Source: an uncultured Chloroflexia bacterium (GTDB taxonomy: Bacteria; Chloroflexota; Limnocylindria; Limnocylindrales; CSP1-4). Taken from it: DNA of 64,000 nucleotides. Under the pieces are notes generated by a model that saw only the letters and a program-made list of their open reading frames with translations, was not told the origin of the DNA and did not search any database. Location of the stretch: the NCBI GenBank assembly GCA_963720715.1, contig CAVRGM010000003.1:45427-109426 (forward strand), in the 5' to 3' direction. The first letter of the stretch is position 1. Every line of letters starts with the position of its first letter. Position numbers and translations under genes: made by a program. Below are positions 47,400 through 55,929 of the stretch, one piece after another.

Positions 47400-49046
47400 A
47401 TGAACCAAGGCTCGAGGCTGGTGCTGCTCGCCGTCATCGGGCTTGGGGTGTTCCTCGCCGGGCTCGAGCTCATGGTCACGGCGGTGGCCCTGCCTTCGAT
47501 CCTGGCCGATCTGGCCGATCCAAGCGGTGGCAGCGCCTGGGTCGAGTTGCGCAAGGCCAGCTGGATCATCAACGGCTACCTCCTGGTCTACATCCTGACC
47601 ATGCCGATGGCCGGGCGGCTGGCCGACCTGTGGGGTGCCCGACGTCTGTTCATGGGTGCCCTGGTCGTGTTCACCGTGGGGTCGGCCCTGGCCGGTGCGT
47701 CGCAGACGCTCGACCAGCTCATCGCCGCCAGGGTCGTCCAGGCCGTCGGCGGCGGCGTGCTGGTGCCGGTCGGGACTGCCGTCGCGGCGGCGCTCTTCGG
47801 CGGCTCATCGCGGCCGCGGGCCCTGGGAGTGGTCGGGGCACTCACCTTCCTGGGGATGGCCGCGGGTCCGGTCGTGGGCGCCGCCATCCTCGCCACGGTC
47901 CACCCCGAAGGCGCGATCCTCGCGGCCGACCTGACCGGGACGTTCGCGGCCGATTTGCTGGCACCGGCCTGGCGCTGGGTCTTCTACCTCAACATCCCGA
48001 TCGGGATCATCGCGCTGACCCTGGCCTGGGCCGCCCCGACCGACTGGGCGATGCCCAGACGTGACGGGCGAGTGGATCTTGTCGGCGCGCTCCTCTTCGG
48101 GCTCGCCCTGGTCGCCGGACTCATCGGCCTGACCCTCCTCGGCTCGAGCGACATCGCCGGTACGGAGATCCCGGCGACGGCCGTCACGATCGTCCTGTTC
48201 GCTGTCGCGGCGCTGGCCACGATCGTGGCCGTCGTGCGTGGCCTGCGCGTCAGCGACCCGTTCCTCGATCCGCGACTGTTCAAGAGTGTGTCGTTCAGTT
48301 CGTCTGCGCTCGTCTCGTTGCTGACCGGCTATGCGTTTGCGACCGCGATCATCGGTGGCGCGGTGTTCGTCGACCGTGTCCTGTACGGCGGCCCGGATCA
48401 GCAGCGACTGGCGCTCGGTTCGCTGGCCGGCGCGACCGCGGTCGGGGCCCTGGCGTCCGGCTTCCTCGTCCGGGTCATCCCGCTCCGGGTCGTGGCGGTC
48501 GGCGGGATCGCCCTGAGCGTCGGCGGCCTCCTGGCGATGTCGACATGGACACCCGAGACCAGCCTGCAGACGGTCGCCATCGCGCTCGGCGTGTTCGGGT
48601 TCGGTTTCGGCTTGACGGTCACGCCGCGATCCACGGCAGCGGTCGAGGCGGCCGGTCGACGCGCCTTCGGCACGGCCTCTGCGGTGGTGACGGTGGCGCG
48701 GATGCTCGGCATGGCGGTCGGTCTTGCCATCCTTACGGCGTATGGGTCGACAACGATCGATCGCCTCTACGACGAGGTCTATGCATCGGCTGATGCGTAC
48801 CTCCAGTACATCCCGGAAGCGCTGCGTGATCGTCCCTTGCGCGATCCGTTGGTGGTCGGCGCGCTCGAGGGATGGGCATCGCGTGAGGCCGCCTCGATCA
48901 TGGTCGGGCTGTTCGTCGCGGCCGCCGGGGTGACGGCGGTGGCCGTCATCCCCAGCCTCGCCCTGGGTGGGACCGGGGCCGCGCGACGGACGCGTATGCT
49001 GGACCTCGATGGCCTCGACACCGCCGAACCCGGGCTCACGCTCTGA
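47400..49046 (+). CDS. MFS transporter, DHA2 (14-TMS) drug:H+ antiporter-like
   Basis: The start is at 'MNQGSRLVLLAVIGLGVFLAGLELMVTAVALPSI'. The MFS motif A is 'GRLADLWGARRL', and there are 14 hydrophobic segments. Confidence 0.75.
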   Translation: MNQGSRLVLLAVIGLGVFLAGLELMVTAVALPSILADLADPSGGSAWVELRKASWIINGYLLVYILTMPMAGRLADLWGARRLFMGALVVFTVGSALAGASQTLDQLIAARVVQAVGGGVLVPVGTAVAAALFGGSSRPRALGVVGALTFLGMAAGPVVGAAILATVHPEGAILAADLTGTFAADLLAPAWRWVFYLNIPIGIIALTLAWAAPTDWAMPRRDGRVDLVGALLFGLALVAGLIGLTLLGSSDIAGTEIPATAVTIVLFAVAALATIVAVVRGLRVSDPFLDPRLFKSVSFSSSALVSLLTGYAFATAIIGGAVFVDRVLYGGPDQQRLALGSLAGATAVGALASGFLVRVIPLRVVAVGGIALSVGGLLAMSTWTPETSLQTVAIALGVFGFGFGLTVTPRSTAAVEAAGRRAFGTASAVVTVARMLGMAVGLAILTAYGSTTIDRLYDEVYASADAYLQYIPEALRDRPLRDPLVVGALEGWASREAASIMVGLFVAAAGVTAVAVIPSLALGGTGAARRTRMLDLDGLDTAEPGLTL

Positions 49047-49047
49047 A

Positions 49048-50085
49048 GTGGATGCCTCGATCCCGCTCGACGCGCGAGTCCGGAGAACGGGGGCGATCGC
49101 TGCGGTCGGGCAGCCGGGCAGCGTTCGGGTCACGGCCATGGATGGCGACACGGCCCGGGATCTCGAGGTCGCTACCGCGCTCAGGGAGCTGCCGGACCTG
49201 TTGCGCCGGCAGGATGCCGCGATCTGGATCGACCTGACCGCTCCGTCGCCTGCCCAGGTCAAGCAGGTCGGGGAGATCCTGGGTCTGCACCCGCTCATCG
49301 TCGAGGACATCCGCGAGGGCAACCAGCGCGCCAAGATCGAGTCGACCGACGGTCTCGTCCACGTCGTCCTGTTCCACCTCACCTACGGCGATGACGTCGT
49401 CGCCTCCGAGCTGGACATCGTCCTCGGCCCGGGCTACCTGCTGACCGTCCACAACGTGGACTGGGATCCGCGATCCGGACACCATCTCGCATCGGGTGTC
49501 GGCCCGGTCCTCCGCCACGGCCCGGATCACCTGCTGTGGGCCATCGCGGACGATCTCGTCGATGGCTACTTCCCGTTCACCGACCGGATCGGCGATGCCA
49601 TCGATGACGTCCAGGACGACGTCGTCAGGGCGGCGACCCCGGACACCCTCGAGCGGCTGTTCAAGCTGAAGCGCGAACTGATCGCCGTACGCCGGGCGAT
49701 CAGTCCCGTCCGCGAGGTCTTCAACCAGCTGACCAACCGCGACGAGACGTTGATCGACGCCGATGAGCTGGTCTACTTCCGGGACATCTATGACCATGTC
49801 ATCCGGCTGACCGACGAGCTCGACAACTACCGGGAGTTGGCATCGGCGACGCTGGACGTCTACCTGACCCAGGTCAATAACAACCTGTCGGTCATCATGA
49901 AACGGTTGACCGGAGTCACGGTCATCCTGGCCGGGATCGCGGCGGTCGCCGGGATCTTCGGGATGAGCGAGGCCGGGGTCGCGTTGCGGGGTGGCGAGGG
50001 CGGCGGTTTCTGGGTGGTCACGGGGTTCGTCGTCGTCCTGGCCGTCATCGCCGCTGCCGTGCTGCGCAAGATCGACTGGATCTGA
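49048..50085 (+). CDS. corA: CorA-like (MIT family) divalent cation transporter
   Basis: A cytoplasmic alpha/beta domain and two C-terminal TMs with 'TVILAGIAAVAGIFGMSEAG', a variant of the Y/FGMN motif. Start at GTG 49048 or ATG 49138. Confidence 0.75.
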   Translation: MDASIPLDARVRRTGAIAAVGQPGSVRVTAMDGDTARDLEVATALRELPDLLRRQDAAIWIDLTAPSPAQVKQVGEILGLHPLIVEDIREGNQRAKIESTDGLVHVVLFHLTYGDDVVASELDIVLGPGYLLTVHNVDWDPRSGHHLASGVGPVLRHGPDHLLWAIADDLVDGYFPFTDRIGDAIDDVQDDVVRAATPDTLERLFKLKRELIAVRRAISPVREVFNQLTNRDETLIDADELVYFRDIYDHVIRLTDELDNYRELASATLDVYLTQVNNNLSVIMKRLTGVTVILAGIAAVAGIFGMSEAGVALRGGEGGGFWVVTGFVVVLAVIAAAVLRKIDWI

Positions 50086-50105
50086 CCATGGCAGTGTGGG
50101 AACTG

Positions 50106-50120
50106 CCCGCGGTGCGCGGG
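50106..50120 (+). terminator. GC hairpin (CCCGCG-gtg-CGCGGG) 20 nt downstream of corA stop
   Basis: A perfect 6-bp stem with a 3-nt loop. There is no U-tract (common in high-GC genomes). Weak evidence. Confidence 0.25.
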
Positions 50121-50130
50121 TGAGACCCGC

Positions 50131-50640
50131 GGCGGCCAACCTGGCGCGGCAACCTGGCGCGCGTGACGTGGCGCGGCAACCTGGCGCGTGCCGAAACGTG
50201 GCGCGGCAACCTGGCGCGTGCCGCAACCTGGCGCGTGCCGCAACCTGGCGCGTGTGTAGGACGCGGGTCTGGCACGAACACGCCTGGTGATGGCCGAGTA
50301 TCGACAATATCGGCACAAAGTCGACGTCGATCACGCCTGTTCATCCCGAACGCGCGTCTATGACACGCGGCCACGGACACGCGGCCGCCACGGTCACCGG
50401 CGCGTGGGACGTGGCGCGGCAACCTGGGACGTGGCGCGGCAACCTGGCGCGTGCCGCAACCTGGCGCGTGTGTAGGACGCGGGTCTGGCACGAACACGCC
50501 TGGTGATGGCCGAGTATCGACAATATCGGCACAAAGTCGACGTCGATCACGCCTGTTCATCCCGAACGCGCGTCTATGACACGCGGCCACGGACACGCGG
50601 CCGGCCACGGTCACCGACCGGCCACGGTCACCGGCCGGCC
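50131..50640. repeat. complex non-coding repeat: ~216-bp unit tandemly duplicated (≈50199-50414 and ≈50415-50630) containing internal 16-17-bp sub-repeats GCGGCAACCTGGCGCG(TGCC) (≥7 copies) and CCACGGTCACCG(G/A)CCGG (3 copies)
   Basis: A direct read shows identical ~165-bp cores ('tgtgtaggacgcgggtctggcacgaacacgcctggtgatggccgagtatcgacaatatcggcacaaagtcgacgtcgatcacgcctgttcatcccgaacgcgcgtctatgacacgcggccacggacacgcggccg') at 50253-50387 and 50469-50603. Each is preceded by tandem GCAACCTGGCGCG units. The region lies between the convergent corA and otsB-like genes. Confidence 0.75.
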
Positions 50641-50654
50641 ACGTCGAGTCCTCG

Positions 50655-51530
50655 TCAGCTCCCGACGTCTTGTTCGAGGGCACGGGCCAGCGCGGACAGG
50701 GCCTGGGCCGCATCCCATGGCGCCGCGAGGACCAGGTCGGACGCGGCCCGGACCTCGTCGGTCATCCCGTGCGGCCCGACGACCCCCACGGCGAGGCCCT
50801 GCACGCGACCCGCTTCCCGTGCGGCCCGCAACACGCCGAACCCGTCCGCGTCGCTCGAGTCGTCGCCGAAGGCGACCGCCACGGTCGGTGCGAACTCATG
50901 AAGCAGGTCCTCGAATGTCTCGCGTTTGCCGTCGGCGTCGCGGGGCCGGAGGTCGACCACGAGTCGACCGCGATAGTGAGCCAGGTCATGCGCCGGGATG
51001 TCGCGGCCGACGGTCACGATGGCCGCTTCGACCGCGGCTCGAGCGGCCACGCGGTCATCGGCCTGCCGAACGTGGAATGCGACGGACGGACCCTTGCGCT
51101 CCACGAACAGCCAGGCTGGCGCGCCGAGGACATCTGGCACTCTCGACGCCAGCAGCTCGGCCGCGCTCGCCGACCCCTCATACCCAGCCTGGTATTCGGT
51201 CGTGATCCGGGCCGGATCGCCGCCCCGCGGGAACGAGCCGCGCTGCAGGCCATGGTCGCCCAGGTACACGACGCCACCGACCCGGACCCGCGCCGCCACG
51301 TCGGCCACCGTCCGGCCGGTCAGGATCGCGACGGTCGCCCGCCCGGGACGCTGGATGCCGGCCCGCACCAGTCGCCGCAGGGCACGCTGCGCCAGAGGCA
51401 CGATCCGGGCCGCCGCCGGGTCGCGTGAGCCTTCGGCCAGGGTGCCGTCGAAGTCGGCCACGACCAGGAGTCGACCGCCGATCGCGGCGAGCTCCGCGAT
51501 CGCGTTGCTCAAGACGTGACGTCGACCCAC
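50655..51530 (-). CDS. otsB: trehalose-6-phosphate phosphatase-like HAD-IIB hydrolase
   Basis: 'LLVVADFDGTLA' (HAD motif I), 'VAILTGR' (motif II), and the C-terminal 'AFGDDSSDADGF' (motif IV). The start is uncertain (ORF open to 51587; a GTG near 51530 avoids overlap). Confidence 0.65.
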   Translation of the reverse strand: MGRRHVLSNAIAELAAIGGRLLVVADFDGTLAEGSRDPAAARIVPLAQRALRRLVRAGIQRPGRATVAILTGRTVADVAARVRVGGVVYLGDHGLQRGSFPRGGDPARITTEYQAGYEGSASAAELLASRVPDVLGAPAWLFVERKGPSVAFHVRQADDRVAARAAVEAAIVTVGRDIPAHDLAHYRGRLVVDLRPRDADGKRETFEDLLHEFAPTVAVAFGDDSSDADGFGVLRAAREAGRVQGLAVGVVGPHGMTDEVRAASDLVLAAPWDAAQALSALARALEQDVGS

Positions 51531-51558
51531 GGGAGGGTCGAGCGCATTCCCTCGGCGA

Positions 51559-51987
51559 TCACGTCCGGACCGATCCGCCGAGCGCACCGCGCCGGACGAT
51601 CTCGTCGACGCCGATCCAGCCGTTGCGTGCGGTCAGGTCGATCGTCCTCGGGAACGCTGCGTCCGCGGCGCTCGGGCTCGCGCTCGGGCTCACGACAATG
51701 CTCGCGCTCGCGCTGGGGCTGGGGCTCACGACAACGCTCGGCCCGGGGCTGGGGCTCACGACAACGCTCGGACTGGGGCTGGCGGCGGGGCTGGCTTCGG
51801 TCGACGGGCTCGGCGCGATCGACGCGCTGGGCGACGGCGACGAGCTGGGGGTGGCGGTCGGCGCGGTGGGTTGGGCCGACGGCAAGACCGCATCGTCGGG
51901 GGTGAGGGCGTAGATCCCGCCCAGCAAAAGCGCGGCCACGGCGATCCCGGCGACGAGACCGATGACGATAGAAAGGCGGGCCATCAT
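51559..51987 (-). CDS. hypothetical membrane-anchored Ser/Pro-rich repeat protein
   Basis: An N-terminal TM 'LSIVIGLVAGIAVAALLLGGIYAL', then 'SPSVVVSPSPGPSVVVSPSPSASASIVVSPSA' encoded by ~30-nt tandem DNA repeats (51690-51790). Low-complexity coding status is uncertain. Confidence 0.35.
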   Translation of the reverse strand: MMARLSIVIGLVAGIAVAALLLGGIYALTPDDAVLPSAQPTAPTATPSSSPSPSASIAPSPSTEASPAASPSPSVVVSPSPGPSVVVSPSPSASASIVVSPSASPSAADAAFPRTIDLTARNGWIGVDEIVRRGALGGSVRT

Positions 51988-52058
51988 GTCGTGGCGGAGG
52001 GTACCAGTACGAGCGGTTCGGGGCGGCTGCGACGACTCACTGCTAGGATGCCGGTCCC

Positions 52059-52784
52059 ATGAGTCGCTACGCGGACTGGCTCCGTCTCCGGGTGATCCCG
52101 GCCATCATCGTCGCGCTCGGGGTGACGTTCCTGGCGGCGGGGATGCTGTCGTTCACCAACCCGGCGGCCGCCGATCCCATCGCGGTCGCGACCCCGACAC
52201 CGACGCCCGGCCAGGCCTCCCCGCCCAGCCCGACCGCCAGTCCGCTGATCACCCTGCCGCCGATCGATCCGGGCGATCCGACGCCGACCCCATCGGTCGA
52301 TCCCGCGGATCGCCTCGCCACCCGCGTCCGGGTCGCTGCCCTCAAGATCGATCTGCCGGTCATCGCCCCGAAGGGCGGCTATCCGCCGTGCAACGTGGCG
52401 CTCTACTACGGCGATGATCGGCTCGGCCAGCCGGGCCAGGGCAAGGCCACCTACCTCTATTCCCATGCCCGGACCGGGATGTTCCTGCCGATCCTCGAGG
52501 CATCCAAGGTCAACAACGGAAAGAAGATGATCGGGATGGTCGCCGAGGTCTGGACCAGCGACGACCAGCGATTCCTGTATGTCATCACCAAGGTCCTTCG
52601 TCACGTGCCGTACGACCAGGTCTTCAACAAGCCCTTCGCGGCGAAGGGTGAGCAGCTCTGGTTGCAGACGTCGGAAGGGGTCGGGACGCAACCGAAGCTG
52701 CAGATCGTCGCCGAGCCGCTCTCGACCGAAGCGGCCGACCACGCCGAGGCGAACCCCGTGCCGAAACCGATCGACTGCGGCTAG
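52059..52784 (+). CDS. hypothetical secreted/membrane-anchored protein (Pro/Thr-rich linker + globular domain)
   Basis: An N-terminal TM 'VIPAIIVALGVTFLAAGMLSF', a Pro/Thr/Ala-rich spacer, and a C-terminal ~150-aa domain with a sortase-like spacing of 'H…' but no catalytic Cys. No confident family assignment. Confidence 0.45.
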   Translation: MSRYADWLRLRVIPAIIVALGVTFLAAGMLSFTNPAAADPIAVATPTPTPGQASPPSPTASPLITLPPIDPGDPTPTPSVDPADRLATRVRVAALKIDLPVIAPKGGYPPCNVALYYGDDRLGQPGQGKATYLYSHARTGMFLPILEASKVNNGKKMIGMVAEVWTSDDQRFLYVITKVLRHVPYDQVFNKPFAAKGEQLWLQTSEGVGTQPKLQIVAEPLSTEAADHAEANPVPKPIDCG

Positions 52785-54280
52785 GTCGGCAGCTGGGCCA
52801 CCAGCGACTGGGCCGCGTCACCCGCGGCATCGAGGAGCCCGGTCGGGAACAGACCGAGCAGGATGGTCAGCGCCGTCGCAGCCGCCAGCCCGCCCCACAT
52901 CAGGCCGCCATGACGAGGCGCCGGCGCCTCGCTCGTGCTGTCGCGCATGAACATGTAGACGACGACGCGCAGGTAGTAGAACGCGGCCACGGCGGCGTTG
53001 AGCACCGTGATGACGGCCAGGACCGTCAACGGCCCACCGGCCTGCACGGCGGCCAGGATGATGTTCGCCTTGGCGAAGAACCCGGCCGTCGGTGGGATCC
53101 CGATCAACGACAGGAGGAAGAGGGTCATCAGGACACCAAGCAGCGGCTCGCGCCGACCCAACCCGGCGAACGTCCCGAGACTCGAAGTGACCCCGCTCCG
53201 CTTCTGGAGCGCGGCGATGACCGCGAAGGCACCGAGGTTCATGAACGCGTAGGCCACCATGTAGAACAGAAGCGCCGAGATCCCGGCACCGCCCGGGTCC
53301 TGCGCCCAGGCGGCCAGGCCGACGAGCATGTACCCGGTGTGCGCGATGGAGCTGTAGCCCAGCATCCGCTTGACGTTGTCCTGGGTCAGGGCGACCAGGT
53401 TGCCCAGGGTCATCGTGATCGTGGCGAGGACGATGACGACCGGCAGCCACCAGTCGGCCAGCGGCCCGAGTGCTTCGACGAACAGGCGCAGGATCAACGC
53501 GAAGGCGCCGACCTTCGGTCCGACCGACAGGTAGCCGGTGATGGGTGTCGGCGAGCCCTGGTAGGCGTCCGGAGTCCAGTAGTGGAACGGGACGGCCGCG
53601 ATCTTGAACGCGACCCCGGTCGTCAGGAAGGCCAGACCCATCGCCAATCCGGGTGACAGCGTGCTGGAGCCGGCGACGATCGCCGCCAGCTGGTCGGCGA
53701 TGACGTCGAGGCGCATCGATCCGGTCACTCCCCAGACGAACGCCAGCCCGAACAGGAAGATCGCCGAGCTGAACGACCCGAGCAGGAAATACTTGATCGC
53801 GCCCTCGGTCGAGTAACCGTCGGCCTTGTGGAAGCCGGCCAGGAGATAGCCGGGCAGGACCATGAGCTCGAGGCCGATGAACAGCAGCAGCAGATCGGCC
53901 GAGGCGGAGATGAGCATCGCGCCGGTCATCGCGAAGACGAGGATGGCCGCGAACTCCGCCACCGGCAGCCCCCGCGGGACCAGATAGTCCGGTCCGAACA
54001 GGATGGTCATGGCGATGACCGCCACGAACAGGACATCCAGGAAGGTCGTCAACGCGTCCACCTGGTACGAGCCGCCGAACGCGGTCCCAGGCGTATCCCC
54101 GGCTACCACGGATGACCCGATGGCGACGGTCAACGCCGCCGTGATCGCCAGGCCGAGCAGCGCGGTGAAGACGGCGACCGACGGTCGTCCGGGTCGGATC
54201 AGGTCGACGAGCAGGATCGCGGCTGCGGTCAGGATCCCGACGACGAGCGGGCTGATCGTGACGAAGTCATCGCCACTCAA
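52781..54280 (-). CDS. nuoN: NADH-quinone oxidoreductase subunit N
   Basis: 499 aa, polytopic, NuoN/ND2 family (antiporter-like fold). It is last in the nuoJKLMN series. Confidence 0.9.
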   Translation of the reverse strand: MSGDDFVTISPLVVGILTAAAILLVDLIRPGRPSVAVFTALLGLAITAALTVAIGSSVVAGDTPGTAFGGSYQVDALTTFLDVLFVAVIAMTILFGPDYLVPRGLPVAEFAAILVFAMTGAMLISASADLLLLFIGLELMVLPGYLLAGFHKADGYSTEGAIKYFLLGSFSSAIFLFGLAFVWGVTGSMRLDVIADQLAAIVAGSSTLSPGLAMGLAFLTTGVAFKIAAVPFHYWTPDAYQGSPTPITGYLSVGPKVGAFALILRLFVEALGPLADWWLPVVIVLATITMTLGNLVALTQDNVKRMLGYSSIAHTGYMLVGLAAWAQDPGGAGISALLFYMVAYAFMNLGAFAVIAALQKRSGVTSSLGTFAGLGRREPLLGVLMTLFLLSLIGIPPTAGFFAKANIILAAVQAGGPLTVLAVITVLNAAVAAFYYLRVVVYMFMRDSTSEAPAPRHGGLMWGGLAAATALTILLGLFPTGLLDAAGDAAQSLVAQLPT

Positions 54281-55929
54281 TGTGCGACCCCGCCTTCAGG
54301 TTCAAGGCGCGCTGGACGTGGCCGGGTCAGCGCCCAGCCGATGCGGGCGACGATGAGCACGACGACCAGCGCCAGCAGCCCGCCGGCGACCTCGATCGGG
54401 ATCGCGATGGCGGTCGCCGGCTCGACGGCCGCGAGGGTGGATGTCACGGTCCCGGAGAAGAGGTCGAGCAGCAACCCGGGTTGAAGGCCGAATACGACGA
54501 CCAGCGTGCCCAGCGGGACCACGGTCAGGATCTCCACCGGGGTCATGTCGGTCAGGTGGTCGCCGAGCCCGGTCAGGAACTCGGATAGTTCGCCGAGTAC
54601 GACCCGACCGTACATGTACAGGAGGTAGCCGGCCGCCAGGATCATCACGAATGTCGCGACCGCGGCAGCGTACGGGTAGACCTCGAACGTTCCGACCAGG
54701 ACGAGGAACTCGCCCACGAACCCGGACAGGCCGGGCAGGCCCGCCGATGCGAACACGAAGAACCCGAAGACCGCGGCGTAGACCGGTGTCCGGCTCGACA
54801 GCCCACCCATCTTCGCGATGGTCCGATCGTGCGTCCGTTCGTAGATGACGCCGACCAGCAGGAACAGGGCGCCGGTGATCAGGCCGTGGTTGATCATCTG
54901 GAGGACGGCACCCTGCAGGCCCTGCTCGGTGAACACGAAGATGCCGAGCGTCACGAAGCCCATGTGACTGACCGATGAGTAGGCCACAAGCCGCTTCAGG
55001 TCGGGCTGTACGAGGGCCACGATCGCCCCGTAGATGATGGCGATGAGCGACAGCACGATGATCAGCGGCGCGAACGTTTCGGCCGCCGATGGATAGAGCG
55101 GCAGGGCGAACCGGATGAAGCCGTAGGCGCCCAACTTGAGCATGATCGCGGCCAGCATCACCGAGCCGGCGGTCGGCGCTTCCGTGTGCGCGTCGGGCAG
55201 CCAGGTATGGAACGGGAACATCGGGACCTTGATCGCAAAGGCCAGGAAGAAGGCCAGGAAGGCCAGGATCTGGAGACCGTCCGCGAAGCCGCCGGTCCCG
55301 GCGTAGTGCCGGAGCGCCTCGAAGTCGAACGCGCCCTGCCAGCCGGTCAGCGGGTGGCCGAGCTGGTAGGTATAGGCCGTGGCCAGGATCGCGACGAGCA
55401 TGAGCAGCGAACCGACGAGGGTGTACAGGACGAACTTGATCGTGGCGTAGATCCGGTTCGAGCCGCCCCAGATGCCGATGATCAGATACATCGGGACGAG
55501 GACGATCTCCCAGAAGATGTAGAAGAGGAACGTGTCCAGGGCGAGGAACACGCCGATCAGCCCGACCTCGAGGATGAGGAACGAGATCATGTATTCCTTG
55601 ATCCGAGTCTGGATCGGCTTGAAGCTGGCCAGGATCGCGATCCAGCTGAGCAGCGTGGTCAGGACGACCAATCCGACCGACAACCCGTCCGCGCCGATCT
55701 TGTACTGGATGCCGAAGGCCGGGATCCAGTCAACGCTTTCGACGAACTGGAAGCCCGGCCGACCGGGCAGGTAGCCGATCAGCAGGAACAACGAAACGAC
55801 GAACGTCAGCAGGGCGAAGGTCAACGCGATGCCCCGGGCTGCACTCGGCGGCGCGACGGCGACCACCAGGGCGCCGATGAGTGGCAGGAACGTGATGACG
55901 GTCAGGATCGGGATGTCGCCGATGTTCAT
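54277..55929 (-). CDS. nuoM: NADH-quinone oxidoreductase subunit M
   Basis: The start is at 'MNIGDIPILTVITFLPLIGALVV', with an ND4-type antiporter-like core. The ORF track's upstream Arg-rich extension is rejected. Confidence 0.9.
   Translation of the reverse strand: MNIGDIPILTVITFLPLIGALVVAVAPPSAARGIALTFALLTFVVSLFLLIGYLPGRPGFQFVESVDWIPAFGIQYKIGADGLSVGLVVLTTLLSWIAILASFKPIQTRIKEYMISFLILEVGLIGVFLALDTFLFYIFWEIVLVPMYLIIGIWGGSNRIYATIKFVLYTLVGSLLMLVAILATAYTYQLGHPLTGWQGAFDFEALRHYAGTGGFADGLQILAFLAFFLAFAIKVPMFPFHTWLPDAHTEAPTAGSVMLAAIMLKLGAYGFIRFALPLYPSAAETFAPLIIVLSLIAIIYGAIVALVQPDLKRLVAYSSVSHMGFVTLGIFVFTEQGLQGAVLQMINHGLITGALFLLVGVIYERTHDRTIAKMGGLSSRTPVYAAVFGFFVFASAGLPGLSGFVGEFLVLVGTFEVYPYAAAVATFVMILAAGYLLYMYGRVVLGELSEFLTGLGDHLTDMTPVEILTVVPLGTLVVVFGLQPGLLLDLFSGTVTSTLAAVEPATAIAIPIEVAGGLLALVVVLIVARIGWALTRPRPARLEPEGGVAH

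Noticed and set aside
50131-50640. Possible CRISPR array
   Set aside because: The repeat units are only 16-17 nt with 9-12-nt intervening segments, the periodicity is irregular, and a 165-bp unique core is duplicated as a whole. No cas genes lie nearby. This is a tandem duplication or satellite, not CRISPR.
52059-52784. Sortase or L,D-transpeptidase assignment for the secreted protein
   Set aside because: The spacing of His and the hydrophobic beta-strands is sortase-like, but the position of the catalytic Cys is occupied by Ser ('LWLQTSEG'). No YkuD 'SHGC' motif is present. The protein is left as hypothetical.
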